In this document: piece after piece, positions 1 through 13,420 of the stretch
Layout of the letters: the number at the start of each line of letters is the position of its first letter
How positions within the stretch are numbered: the stretch's first letter is position 1
From: the human T2T-CHM13v2.0 reference genome, Homo sapiens
Length of the DNA stretch: 64,000 nucleotides
Strand: one strand, 5' to 3'
Assembly (NCBI RefSeq): GCF_009914755.1
Contig: NC_060930.1
Program-made: the position numbers and the translations under genes
Notes under the pieces: generated by a model
Database searches by the model: none
Seen by the model: the letters and a program-made list of their open reading frames with translations, nothing else
Told to the model about the DNA's origin: nothing

Positions 1-2814
1 AAGATAAGCTTTAAACATCCTGCCAGGTTTCTCTGTTTAGCAACTTAGATAGAAGGTCATCTGGGTAGAAAACTTTTTTGCCTCCTTCTAAAGCTCTTAA
101 ATGATCATTTTTAGTTATAAAAATGCAAATCTAGGAGGTGTCATTTTCCCTTCTGAAACGTTTCTCTAGCTGAACCAGTGTTACTATTTTTACCATTCTT
201 GTTTGGCACATTCCTGGAAGTCACAGGGTAAATCTTCCCTGGATTCAGGAGACCTTCTGGGTGAAAGTTTCAAACCTGACTCCATTTTGAGATTCAGTGG
301 ATGGATGGGAGTGGCTGTGACTGTGATATGGGGGCAGAAAAGGACAATACAGGCCCCAGAGGAGAACGCCTTGTAGGGAGAGCAGAGCTTGGACTGGCCA
401 TCTGAGTTTTTCAGCAAGCTCTGGCATTTTGTGGAGAAGGCTGGATGGCAGCAGAGTCCATGGCTGAAGCTGTACACACTCAGGGCTCAGTTACCCTGCC
501 ATAATGCCATGACTGGGAGAGAAAAGCCAAGTCTGTGAGTCTAAACTAAAAAACCTATTTTTTTTTTTTTTTTTTACATCCAATTCTGGGCTATCACCAG
601 GTCCTGTGCAGAGAACTGAACTAATAAGGACATTGTAGTAGACACAGTCCCACACACAGCACCATGAAAAGAGCCAGGCAAGAATATCACTTTCATTGAT
701 TTGACACTCATTTTCTGATTCCCTCTGGCACTTGGAAATAGCCCTAATGCCTTTAAACTGAGTATGACTCCATGTGTCTTTAGAGTTTTCAGATGAGCAG
801 TTTGAGAGGAAAATCCTGGACTGCCTATTTATGAGGCTCAATTGTAAAATGTGGGAAAGCAAACAACATGAACAAATAAACAATATATTTGAATTTCAAG
901 GAGATATGTACAGTGATATACAGTTTACACAATTCTCTCCAGGCATGAGGGAGAGCCAGAGAGGCTAACAGACCTAAATGGTTGCTTTTATCCAAGTTTC
1001 TATTGCTCTCAGGACAGAAGAAACTAACCAGATAGAACCATCTGACATCAAAAAATATGCACCCAGTCTCTAGCTGGCATTAGCGATTTTTGTTTTCATC
1101 TAGACTTTTAAAAAACAGAATTCTAACCATTAAATGTGCAGAAAGTTAGACAGTCTCTTAATTTAGTTTCCTTAGCATGCTTAACTAATACCTTAATTCT
1201 ACATGAGGAGGAATGCCCAGTCTCCCACTTTTAAAGGGCCTAAGAAACGGTTGTCATTATGCTTTTCCTATCTACTTTAGCAAGGTTATATATTTGCCAA
1301 AATTTGTACCCTGTTCATTCCGAATCTTTACTTGACTGATTCATAGAAAATTGGTCTTAGCCTGGCTACTGAACTGTTTATGTTTTATTTAAGTATAAAA
1401 TTATAGTCCTCCAAGTAGCTCATTGTTACCTATGTTTACTGAATAATTACCTTGGTAAATGCAGCTCTCCCTTTTCAGACAATTAAACAAATATTTATAG
1501 AAATATAGAATGTACCCAATCTACGAAGCCTTAAAACTTAGCTAAATTTTAACAATTATTAGTAAAAGATGAATGTGTTCCAACGGCCCTTCTACTTCTT
1601 CCTCACCTACCTCCAATCTATGAGGATGATTCTTCTTTAGGGAAAAAGGAAATAAACTATCTGTGCACTTAATCAGGCTAGACCAGGCTATTTGGTAGCT
1701 GTCACTTGAAATAGATGTGATGTCACCTTTTTGTGAATAAATGAAAACATGCCCCTTAAATAAATGATAAACAGGAACCAGCAGCCATAGAGTATAAGGA
1801 GGAAGGTGAGGGGGAGAGGCAGGTGTAATAAAAATAAATAAATAAGTGAACCAAAAGGATTTTACAAAGTGCAATGATAAATCTCTCTGGGCTCTAGTTG
1901 TTGCGTTTATTTGAAAGACACGAAGCACCTTTTGGGTGCTCCTTAAACCATTTTATCTTTACCTGTGCACAGTTTGACAACGCTTTTTTACTTCAGGGAA
2001 AGAGTAAAGGACAGAAAAGAAAAATTGAAACAAAAAAAGGACAATAAAAGAATAGACAGAGCTCACAAACTTGAGTTATTGCTAACGTCCTAATAATATC
2101 CCTTTCAGTTCACTCTTTCACCAGCATAGGATCCAGGAATGAGGAATCTTGCGGGAATTTTGTATCCATAGCTTCCTCAGCATTTGAAGATGGAACAGTC
2201 AAGCTGAGTTACTGTCTAGATAGGAAGAAAAATGAACTATTAAAACTGCAGAAAATGGTAAAGCTGATAAATTATATTGTATCCCTGTCAGCTGTTTTCT
2301 TACCGTAAACTCTGGGATAGGAGTAGATTGATTTAAAGGATAAGAAAATAAAAGGGACTTGAAGGAGAGGAAAATGTTTATTGAGAAAGTGATAGAATCA
2401 CATATAGGGAGTGATCTCTTATCACTTGAGAAAACAATGAAATTCAAAATATCGTATTCTTTCTTTATCAAATACTATATCTCTGAACCAAAAGTAGACA
2501 AATCAAGCCTCAGAAGGATCGAAAATATAGTAAACAGGAAATCAGTCCTAATGCTGTCAATAAGAAAGTTATTTCCCAGTAACCCTGCCCAAACTCCCAT
2601 CTTTCTATTTTCCCTCAGATCTGGAAGCACTTCAAGTCATCATCGAAACCATAGACAGTTGTCAGTTCCTGTTGTTACTCTGGGCTGTGAGTGGGCCACA
2701 CCCGGGGAACACTCTCCAAGGTCCTTCAGACTGGGCAGCCACTTAGTCCTCAAGGTACTGCTACATTTTTAGGGTTTGAAGTGGTAGACCCCCAGTAGTC
2801 CCAAGTACCCAAAT

Positions 2815-3386
2815 CTCTTCCAGTTACTATGGCTGCATAACAAAGCATCCCAAAACTTAGTGGCATAAAGCAACCATTTCTATGTTCATGGATTGAGTTG
2901 TTCAGGTGTTTGGACAAAATGCAGCGGAGATAGCTTCCTCTGCTCCCTGATGTGTTCTGAGGTCTCAGTGGAAGACTGGAAGTTTGGAACTAGGATCATC
3001 TGAAGGTACTGTAGTCACTTAATGTGTGGTTGTTGATGCTGACTGGTCTGGGAGCCTTGGTTTCTCTCCCTGTGGGCCTCTTCATTTGACCTCTCTAAGT
3101 GAACTTGTTTGGGCTTCCCTTCAGCATGGTTGCTGTATTCCAAGGGCAAATATCCCAAGAGAAAGACAGCCAAGAGGAAGCTATGTGGTCTTTCCTAATC
3201 TAGCTGTGGAAGTCATGTAGTATTATTTCTGCCCAGAAATAAAAGTGAAAAACCTGCCCAGGTCCAAGCAGAAAGGGAGGATGAGAGGAGGCTTCACCTC
3301 TTGATAGGAAGTTGGCGAGGTTCTGGAAGAGCATGAGGGATCAGAAATATTGCCATGATGTTTTTTTGAAAATATAATATGCTCCA
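2815..3386 (-). mobile_element. MaLR solo LTR, MLT1F/MLT1G-like
   Basis: Begins with the antisense MLT1 3' end (cagttactatggctgcataacaaagcatcccaaaacttagtggcataaagcaac). Ends with ctggaagagcatg...tgaaaatataatatgctcca, the reverse complement of the MLT1F/G 5' end. Confidence 0.7.
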
Positions 3387-3528
3387 ATGAGGAAACTATA
3401 GTATAGAGTAGTTAAGAGATTTAGTCAGCAGATCCACAGCAGGTAAGGTCTGGGGCAGAGAACAAATCCTTCTTTCAATTATGCAACAGTAAGGACGTAC
3501 TAACCCCAGCTGAATGGGAGTTGCCCTT

Positions 3529-3971
3529 GGTGATGGTTAATACCAAGTGTCAACTTGACTGGATTGAAGGATGCAAAGTATAATCCTGGGTGTGTCTGTG
3601 AGGGTGTTGACAAAGGAGATTCATATTTGAGTCAGTGCATTGGGGGAATGAAGACCCACCCTTAATCTGGGTGGGCACCATCTAATCAGTTGCCAGCGAA
3701 TATAAAGCAGGCAGAAAAACATGAAAAGGCTAGACTGGCTTAGCCTCCCAGCCTACATCTTCCTCCTATGCTGGATGCTTCCTGCCCTCGAACATCAAAC
3801 TCCAAGTTCTTCAGCTTTGGGACTCGAACTGGCTTCCTTGCTTCTCAGCTTGCAGACAGCCTATTGTGGGACCTTGTGATTGTGTGAGTTAATACTACTT
3901 AATAAATTCCCCTTTCTGTATACATAGATATCCTATTAGTTCTGTCCCTCTAGAAAACCCTGACTAATAGA
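3529..3971 (+). mobile_element. MLT2A1 (HERVL) solo LTR, full length
   Basis: Runs from (g)gtgatggttaataccaagtgtcaacttgactggattgaagg to ttctgtccctctagaaaaccctgactaataga. About 443 bp, with internal TATAAA and AATAAA. Confidence 0.9.
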
Positions 3972-4599
3972 TCCTGATGGAGAGGTGACATCTTCAGGGA
4001 AATAAAATTTCATAAAAAGACAAAATGAAAGCAAACTGGGGTACTTCACAAAACTGGCATCACACCAGGCTGGTTCATGGGAATTAAATATTATTTGAAT
4101 GACTTTTGGTCAAGTAGCCATAAAGAAGCTTCCAACTTTAAAACTCTATAAATTTTAAGTTAAGTTTGATCACAATTATGGCTAAGGTTTTTGCAGATGT
4201 AAACTGTAGTATTGATTTTAATATGTAAATGATGCGAAAGGAATACTCAGCATATGTATAATCACAAATCAGGACCTACGCAGTGAGATATATGCCAATA
4301 TCAAAGGATTGCGAGTAGTAGACAAAACATTTCTGCAAGTATTCTAACTAGTTAACATATAAAACATGCTGTAATAAAGTTGGCCTTTAAAAACCTGTGT
4401 AGTAATTTCTGATTACGATTGTTTATATTATATAAATCTAAAAAAGATACATAAATTTCAATACAATTATTATATGTAAGTATTATATTAGGAGGGCAAC
4501 CTCTTTATTAAAAATACCATAGCTGCAAAAGGGTCAGTGATAGGAAAAATATATATCCGTACTACTGGGGAGAAGGAGTTACATTTAATGGGACACTTT

Positions 4600-5035
4600 A
4601 GCCTGTTCCCCGCTCCCCAACAAGAGATTGAGACAAATTCTTGTATTCAGTTAGTGTATGTGGTAATGTGTCTTGGGAGTTGGCGATTCAGAGAGTGGTA
4701 TAAAAGATCTAGCAGAGAAAAGCAACATGTGGGTGAGGCTTTGTGTTAGCCACTCTATCCCAAAAGAAGCCTCGGAGGACACTAATGAAATAGACCTTAG
4801 ATCTCCTTCCCTAGGGAATGAAAGAAGAGAAGCTTTTATCTGCTGTCTCCCATCATTTGCTGGACGATGATGGTCAAATGGGCATTCACACTCCTCCACT
4901 CCTGGGTTGTGTATGCCTGAGAGCAGAGCAAATTCTCCCCGTTCCCCCATTTCAGGCATTCAGAAGAGCTACAGCAGAGAATGGAGGTATGCAGTACAGG
5001 AGTGAGGCAATGTGTCACCCACATATACCTGTGCA
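4600..5035 (-). mobile_element. Old ERVL LTR, LTR16/LTR33-like, degenerate
   Basis: gttcccc...gagattgagacaaattcttgtattcagttagtgtatgtggtaatgtgtcttggg resembles the antisense 3' end of the LTR16/33 families. Confidence 0.45.
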
Positions 5036-5049
5036 AGACTAGAGTAAAT

Positions 5050-7800
5050 TTCTCCTTTAAATTTACGTAAAATGCACAGATCGTAAGGGTTTATTTAAAA
5101 GGGTGTTGAGCGTCTTCTATTATAGGCGAAACCATCACCTCATATGACTGTTACCATCACCCTAGAAGGGCTCTAAATTCTCTTTCTCTTCAATGCTTCC
5201 CAACTATTTTCTGACTTCTATCACTGTAAAGTGGGGATTTAATTTTAATTTATCTGTTTTATAACAATGTAATAAAAAGTATATGTTCCTCTGTCCATGG
5301 CTTCAGTCACTCAACATAATGTTTTGGAAGTTCATCCACGTGATGATGGGTAGCTGTAGTACACTTTTAAAGAAAGTTGTTGGCTAGTATTTTTCTGGTG
5401 GAATAGATCACTATTTGCTTATCCAGTTCCTTATTGATGGCATTGTTGTTTCCCGTTTTGCGGCCTTATGAATAAGTTTGCTCTGAAAAATCTTGTACCA
5501 GTTCTTTTGTGGAAATATGTTTATATTTCTTTGGCGGGGTAAACACTTAGGAATGGAATTCCTGGGTCATAGAGTATATATTTAGCTCTAGCACAATGGT
5601 GCTGAGCAGTTTACGTATGATGGGGCCATTTTACAGTCCCATGAGTTGTTTCAAACCCTTGCCAATGGAGTATGTTTCCTGTTGTTGTTGTTGTTGTTTT
5701 TTCAAACAATAATCATTCTAGTGGGTGCAGAATGGTATCTCATTCTAGTTTTAGTTTGCGTTTCCCTAAAGACTAATGAAGTGGAGCACCTTGTTTGCTT
5801 ACTGGCCATTTTTTATCTTTGGTGAAGTATCTGTTCAAGTCTTTGCCCATTTTTCATTTCTGTTGCTGTGTAATAAATTCCCACAAACGTAGTAGCCTAA
5901 AACAGCACAAATTTATTTTGTATTACAGTTCTGTAGGTGAGAAGTCTGATGCAGGTCTCAGTGGGCTGAAATCGAGGTGTTGGCAGAGCTGCACTCCTCT
6001 CTGCAGGCTCTAGAGCAGAGTCCCTTTCTTTGCTGTTTGCAATTTCTAGAGGCTGCACATATTCCTTTGCCTGTGGACCCTTCCTCTGTCTTCAAGCCAA
6101 GCCTGTTGCATTTCTCTAACCATTCTTCTGTAGTCACAAATCCCTGACTAACTAAAGTACAGAGTAGTCACTCAAAGTAATTTGCTCTGAACTCAGCAAG
6201 GAAGGGTTCTCCAATTGTAAGAAGGCTTGTCATGAGATTGAGAGCACCCAGGTCCTCCAAGACGATCTTTCCATCTCCAGATCCTTAATTCAATCACATC
6301 ACATCTACAAGTGCCGTTTGCCAAGCAAGGTAACATAGTCACAGGTGCTGGAGGTTATAATATAAGCATCTTTGAAGTGGAGGACATTATTCTGCCTACC
6401 ACAGTCACTTGTTTTTTTTGTGGTTGATTTTTACATCTTTAAATTTTCATTTTTATGAATTCCAATTTGTCATTTTTTTCTTTTTTGTCCTTTTCATTTT
6501 GGTGCTTCTTATATCCTGTAAAAAATTGTCCTATTCCAATGCGATGAACATATGATCCTTTTTTTTTTTCTAGAAGCTTTATTGTTCTAGCTTTTATGTT
6601 TAGGTTTATAATTCTTCCTGGATTAAAGTTGTGCATTAAGTAACATCTAGGTCACGGTTCTTGTCTTTAGTAAAAATATTTATTTATTTGTTCCAACACT
6701 GTATGTTGAAAGATATCCCCATTAAGTTGAATTGGTACTGTGGCCATAAATTAGTTCTACAGGGTCTATTTGTGGTGGGTTACATTTATCCATTTTTGTG
6801 TGCTTAGTACATTACTACACTCTCACGATTACCACAGCACTGTAGCAAATTTTGGAATCAGATAATAAAAAGATCTTTCAATTTTGTTCTTCTTTTAAAA
6901 ATTCCTTTACCTATTCTAGGTGGTTTACAATAGATGGAAATTTTTTGATTAGCTTGTCAATTTTACCAAAACCCTGATGAAATTTTGAAAATTTGGAGTG
7001 AAAGACTATATTGAAAATATTGACTCTCCAGATGGATGAATGTTGTATTTCTTTTCAGTATTTAGGTTTTTCTTATTGTCAAGTTTGGTGAAACTCTTCT
7101 AATATTTAACTAATAATTATAATGTCAGATGTAGATTTTCCATAGATGTGTTTCATTATTTAAGGAAGTTTCTCTCATTTTCTAGTTGCTGAGAGGTTTT
7201 ATTATAAATAGGTGTTGAATTTTGTCAAGACCTCTTTCCAGCATCAGTTGAGATAATCATAGGGGTTTTCTCTTCATTCTGTTCATATGGTGAATTATAT
7301 CAATCAATTGATTTTTCCTAATGTTAAACCAAGCTTACATTTCTGGGGTAAACCCACTGGTCACGGTGTATTTCTTTCATGATGTCATGATGTATTAGAG
7401 GGCTTGATTTGCTAATGATTATTATAGAATTTTGCATGTGTAGCCTGAGAGTTTCTGATCTAAACTTTTTGTTTGGCTGAGTTGTCATTGTCAGACTTGT
7501 TTCAACAGTACAGAAACCTCATAAAATGGGTTGGGAGGTTTTTCTGACTGCCCCTAAAATTGGTATAATGTTTCAGTTCTTAAGCTAGAAACTAAGATGA
7601 CTGTACATCATTCTTTTACAATCAATAAACCAATAAGTATAAATTTTCTTCGAAGCATTGTTTCATCATCATTCTACAATTTTTAATGTTACATTCTCAT
7701 ATTTGTTCCGTTGGAAAGTTTTGAATATCCCTTGTGATTTCTCCTTTCACCATAAATTATTTATAAGTAAGTAATTTCACTTGTTTTCCAAATAAAGTAG
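5050..7800 (-). mobile_element. Ancient L1M (L1MC-ME class) 3' region and ORF2 remnant, interrupted by an MLT1 LTR
   Basis: Antisense L1 hallmarks: cactcaacataatgttttggaagttcatccacg; cacttaggaatggaattcctgggtcatag; gttgaattttgtcaagacctctttccagcatcagttgagataatcat. Confidence 0.75.
5852..6403 (-). mobile_element. MaLR solo LTR, MLT1D/E-like, nested in L1M
   Basis: Starts gtaataaattcccacaaacgtagtagcctaaaacagcacaaattta and ends attattctgcctaccaca, the reverse complement of TGTGGTAGGCAGAATAAT. Confidence 0.8.
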
Positions 7801-7811
7801 ATTAATATATT

Positions 7812-8105
7812 GTTAGCCACAGACATGTTTAAATTTTCATATGAAAGATTCAAATGCTATAGATTGAAATAATTTTACTAATATATTTTGTACATATGTA
7901 TGTTTTATATATAACATTTAATAATTTAACCCAACATCCAACATAATTTAAATATATAATCATTATTAATATTTTCTTTTAAAATATATAAAAGTCTTTA
8001 CAATTTTATATGTATTTTTATCCTTACAACACATCTCATTTTGGTTTAACTACATTTCAAGTTCTCAGCCATATGTGTATACTGGCTACCGTATTTGTGG
8101 CAGCA
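7812..8105. mobile_element. MER33-like hAT-Charlie non-autonomous DNA transposon
   Basis: cacatctcattttggtttaactacatttcaagttctcagccatatgtgtatactggctaccgtatttg matches the MER3/MER33 terminus. The AT-rich interior is MER33-like. Confidence 0.65.
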
Positions 8106-8333
8106 AAGGCTGGAGTTAAGAAGTGAAGTAGAGAGGATTTTGGAAGAGAAAAGAGTCCAGAACAATGGCATTTGTGCAAACAGGATCCTCTCTATTTTGT
8201 TAGGCCTGCATTTGGTTTTATAAAAGTATTCTGGATACTTTTACAACATTGTCTATTGAAGTTTTTATTGAAGAGATATTTGTCACAAACAAAAGACACA
8301 TTGAGAACACAAATCGCACATTGAGGACATTGA

Positions 8334-8552
<219 letters not shown>

Positions 8553-9346
8553 TAAGTTGATCCAGAATTTCAATTTTTTTTTAACTTTTTACTGCCTTGG
8601 TATAGAAAAAGATAAATTTGATTAAAGTAGGTAAAAAAATGTAAACTTCAACATTCTGTAAACTAGATTACTAACAACCTTTGAAAATGATTTTTCTGTT
8701 AGCATGTGTAAAACTTTTGATAATGTATCCATAATTATTTTTCTTTTATTTCAGTGTTAAATAGGATAGTAACGCTAGGTGAGATATGTTTACATCTATT
8801 CACCCATTCTTTTTCTTGTATGTCTCTAATCAATGATTATGTTGGAGAAAGTCTATGTTTATAATTGCAGAAACTGCCAAAATAATTTCCCAAGACCTTT
8901 ATTTTATAGCTTTCCAAAACTAGAACAGTAAGTTTAATTTCAGTCTGTAAAATGAAAAAGTTACAGCTAGTGTTTAATATTGCTATCAGAGAGATTAGAC
9001 CATAATAATTTCAGGGGAATGTTAACTTTTTCTAATGATAAATGACATCTCTCAATTTACTAAGCTAATGTTACTGATTGACTGTCAGTAGAATGGGAGA
9101 TATGAGGATTTTTTCTAGTTGTAGTATTTGCTTTTTAATTTATACTGTAAACTAACTTTCCCAATCCTAGAACCAAGCCCTTCCTAAGTAGGGGCTCCAT
9201 AAATGTTTATTGACTTGACTGATACACCCCAAAAGAGAAGAAGCATAGCTGGAGTTAGATTATAGTCAGTAATAATGTAATCACCCGGCCCCAAAGTATG
9301 CCGAATCTGTAACCATGTTAGTATGTGCCCTCAAACCCGTTAAACA

Positions 9347-9544
9347 TAGTTGACCCTTGAACAACATGGGTTTGAACTTCATGGATTCACTCACATGTGG
9401 ATTTTCTTCTGCCTCTACCACCCTTGAGAAAGCAAAACCAACCATTCCTCTTCCTCTTTCTCCTCCACCTACTCAAAGTGAAGACAACAAGGAGGAAGAC
9501 CTTTATGTTGATGATCCAGGTCCACTTAATGAATAGTAAATATA

Positions 9545-9575
<31 letters not shown>

Positions 9576-10087
9576 GAGACAGGGTCTTTCTTGCTCTGTC
9601 ATCCAGCACTGGAGCAATCACAGCTCACTGTAGCCTCAACCTCCTCTGGGCTCAAGTGATCTTCCTGCCTCAGCCTCTGGTGTACCTAGACTACAGGCAC
9701 ACACCGCCACACTCGGCTGATTTTTTTCTTTTTTGTGGAGATGGCGGTCTCACTAAGTTGCCCAGGCTGGTATCGAACTCCTGGCACCAAGTGATCCTCC
9801 TGCCTAGGCTTCCCAAAATGCTAGGATTATAGGCATAAGCCACTGGGGCTGGCCTCTTTTATTGTGCCTCTCCTAATAACGTTTTCCTTTTTATAACTTA
9901 AGAATACAGTATGTAATACATACAGCATATAAAATAAGTGTTAATCAACTGTTTATGTTATTGGTGAGGCTTCCAGTGAATAGTAGTTATTAGTAGTTAA
10001 ATTTTGGAGTTGTCAAAAGTTATACATAGATTTTTCAACTGTGATGGTGACAGTGTCCCTTCCCCCATTTTGTTCAAGGGTCAAGTG
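9347..10087. mobile_element. Tigger2a (MER28) TcMar DNA transposon with both TIRs, interrupted by an AluJ
   Basis: Left TIR (t)agttgacccttgaacaa and right TIR ttgttcaagggtcaagtg followed by TA. Internal gaggaagacctttatg...ccacttaatgaatagtaaatatattttc. Confidence 0.85.
9546..9854 (-). mobile_element. AluJ nested in Tigger2a
   Basis: Poly(T), gagacagggtct, cagctcactgtagcctcaacctcc, gttgcccaggctgg; J-type diagnostics. Confidence 0.9.
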
Positions 10088-10194
10088 TAATTGCATCAAA
10101 AAAATCTAACATCTGCATAGATGTATAAAGCATCAGTAATAACATCCAAATTTTCTATTAAAATATCCATATAAGACACAATTTAGTAACCCAT

Positions 10195-10362
10195 AGTCCT
10201 TAGTTCTAGTTGTGACTGTCACTAATGAAGTAGTAACATAAAGTAGACCTTTGACATCTTTGTTCCTCAGTTACTTTAGCTGCTAAAAGATAAGCCACTT
10301 TATTATGTTCCTAAGGATTGCTGGACATTTAAAATGAAATAACAGATGTGAAAGCAATTTCT
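10195..10362 (+). mobile_element. MIR, degenerate
   Basis: ttctagttgtgactgtcactaatg...tgttcctcagttactttagctg...aaaatgaaataacagatgtgaaagc is a MIR core-like layout. Confidence 0.5.
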
Positions 10363-11861
10363 ACATTTATAGGTATATCATATATTCACACAACATGTGT
10401 TGTTAATATCATTGCACGTTCTTAGATGATTGATGCACAAAGACGTCACTCTCCAATGCAAATGCTCGTTCATATGGATAAAGTCTGTAATGACATGTGG
10501 GTAACAGAGTGAGAATGGGCTAACATAAGATGTATACCTAAACTTTGTGGATAAAGGACTTTTTTGTGTTTTGCTTCCACTCTAAAACTGAACTAAATAT
10601 TTAGTAGGCATTTCTATTAGATGTTGCTTTTATTTATATTAATTATATTTGTGTATGCCTGTATATGTGTATACACATGTGTATATATACTTACATATAC
10701 ATGTATTTATTTAGATTTATTGCATGTCATCAGGAAATATCCACAACTTACAATGACTGATTCCTAGTTCATAATATGTTTGAGGAGGCAAATCTTAAAT
10801 GAGTATTTAAAATCAGCTACTTTCTAAGTATATGGGAGGAAAATATGAGAATCTGTTATGTGATGTTTGCACAAGATTAAGACAAATTCTTCACTTCTTT
10901 AGGTGTTGTGACTTACCACTCATCAGTCTCCACTATCCCCAATTTCATTTTGTATGTGCATTTATACTGGGAAAAGAAAGAGTTAGCAATTCCAGCAGCT
11001 CGATACCACTCTCAACCCTTTCAGTGTGGAGCACCACCACATTTGGATTGCAGCTTAAAGGTCTCGTTGATAGAGTCACCCCATGTAAGACATTCGGGGT
11101 TTAAACAAGTCACATTTGCAAGTAACATGCGCGTAGTTCTTGGGGCAGCATTCATTTGTTTCAACCTTCTCACCTTCCCCTCTCCATCTTCATTCCACCT
11201 ATATAAATAGCGCTTAGCTTCTTTTGAGCTTAACGAACATTCTTAAATGTTATGAGAAAATAGCAGAGTCAGGGAAAAATACATGCCATAAAAAATGTGC
11301 AAGTGAAGTAGCATTGTCACTGCGTCTGTTCCAGTGCAGATCACAGCTCGATGGCCTCAATGTGAGTCCTTCTGCGCCCAGTAAAAATGAAAACAACATT
11401 GTAATAAATTAGCTGGAACTGCACTTCCCTAGGTGTTCAGTGACAGCTTGATAAATAACCCCAGGCACTACAATTTGGCTTTCCCTCTGCCAGGGTTTTC
11501 TGCCATAATATTTTCAGGCCTTAAGTCATGGTCATCAACACTTGATTAATACAGGGAGGGACGGTTAAGATAACATGAGGGATATATTTCCTTGAACAGG
11601 ATAATGTGGCAACAGTATAATATTTTATCTGGGTTAAGCATTTATTGATCATTACAAGAATGAACATTCTTATATATAATTAGTAACCGTAATGTCCCAA
11701 TCCTTTGAATAACCCTAGAGGCACGTTGTAGGTTTGTTTTTGATGATTGAGATATATTTCCTTATCTTCTCATTTTCTCATTTTGTGACAGGGGTACTTA
11801 AATCTCAAATCTCATAGCACTATTTTTGTGTGTCGAGTTTATTCCGCAGTACATACTCCAT

Positions 11862-11878
11862 TACATATATATATAAAA

Positions 11879-11909
<31 letters not shown>

Positions 11910-11960
11910 TACATATATCTGCACACATATACCTGTATATATAAATTATGTATATAATAC
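11862..11960. repeat. (TA)n/(CA)n compound microsatellite
   Basis: Seen directly: atatatatatatatatatacacacacacatacatatat... Confidence 0.9.
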
Positions 11961-12504
11961 AATTGTGTTTTATAAATATTTATACCACATTCACTTAACC
12001 TCAGTCCATCAAATAAATTCAGTTATATTTGTATAAGTTTCACAGGGAAAGAATAACTTAGCATATAACTTTTCTATTTAAACTACTATTGTCAGAAATA
12101 AATCTGTATTTGCTCTCTGTATCCCAGTCATCTTTATTCTCTGATGAAAAAAAGGTAACCATAAACATTCGTTTTCCATTAATTATTGCACCAGAGAAAA
12201 ATCAATGTTCAAATAAATAACAATAAAACTGATTTGTACTGAATAGCAAAGCTGGATAAAGGAAGAAGAAATCATTTGTTTTTATTTTTGGAGGGATGGC
12301 TTGCATAATTAACTAACTTAACTCTAAGATGCTGAACATAATGTAGTCACTCTACATACATTTATTTATTGGAGCACTTCCCATCCCTTAGGCCCTATAG
12401 AATATAATGAGTTTAGACCCCATGCTTCCCTCTACTTGGGCTGAGTGTGTTTGCTGTGTGAGCACAGCTGTGCTGTGTTTCTGCGTATACATTTAAAGAG
12501 AGCA

Positions 12505-12755
12505 ATAACAACAACTGTTACATATTCAGTAGCTAATATGTACTGGGTACTGTTTTAAGAGTTTTACATTTTTATCTCACTTAGTTTGCAAAATGACTAT
12601 ATTGGGTAGGTATGTTCTATCCCCTTTTTAACGATGAGGAAACGAGAGCAAGTATTTGAGTTAGCTGAAATCACCTAATGAGAAAATGGCAAGATGAGAT
12701 TCAAAACCAGTAAGTCTGTCTCAGGAGCCTGAGCTGCTGAACAATGAGCTGTACT
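12505..12755 (-). mobile_element. MIR
   Basis: atgtactgggtactgttttaagagttttaca...ccccttttt aacgatgaggaaac...gagattcaaaaccagtaagtctg is an antisense MIR core. Confidence 0.7.
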
Positions 12756-13169
12756 TCAAAATAAAGGGATTTGGCATTGGAGGTAGAGGAAAAAAAGCAT
12801 AACAATTGCAAATGGGCTTTCCCCTAAAATACATTTTTTTTAAATTTCTTAAGGCTAAGTATAACTGGATTTCATGGAATCCTTGAAAAATCTCATCTAG
12901 GAAATTCTTCTGATTAAATTCATCACACTTCCATCATTCCTTTACTATACTCATTCTATTTCAATAAAGAGTCAAATTCAAATTTGACAGATCTGAATGA
13001 TCAGAAAAATTGCTGCAGTACATCCAATCATTGTTAACATGGAAACACACTGTTATTGAATATTGAAGGTTTACCCTGCATTAAAAATGAACAGTAAAGG
13101 GAGCTTCTTTCTTTTGTCTGACCCAGAGCAGGACTTGCACTTATTCCTTTTGCAGGAAAAATGTTTGAC

Positions 13170-13258
13170 TGGATAGGATCCATGTCTTACTTGTCTTTGT
13201 AGTCCTAGAGCCTAGTTCTGCATATGATACATAACAAGCACTCATTAAATATTTGTTA
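13170..13258 (+). mobile_element. L2 3' end fragment
   Basis: catgtcttacttgtctttgtagtcctagagcctag...gcactcattaaatatttgtt. Confidence 0.5.
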
Positions 13259-13344
13259 CACCAGACATGCCTAATTGACCTCAAGATATTCATCAAAACA
13301 TTTTATTGCACAATTTAGATAAGTGGAGTGTTCACATAGATTAA

Positions 13345-13388
13345 GGTCTTAGTTACAAAACCTTTGGGTTACGAATGGCAAAAAACAA

Positions 13389-13420
<32 letters not shown>

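Noticed and set aside
2359-2772. 137-aa ORF in non-repeat sequence
   Set aside because: Non-ATG start (ttg), no recognisable domain and no splice or promoter context; within chance expectation.
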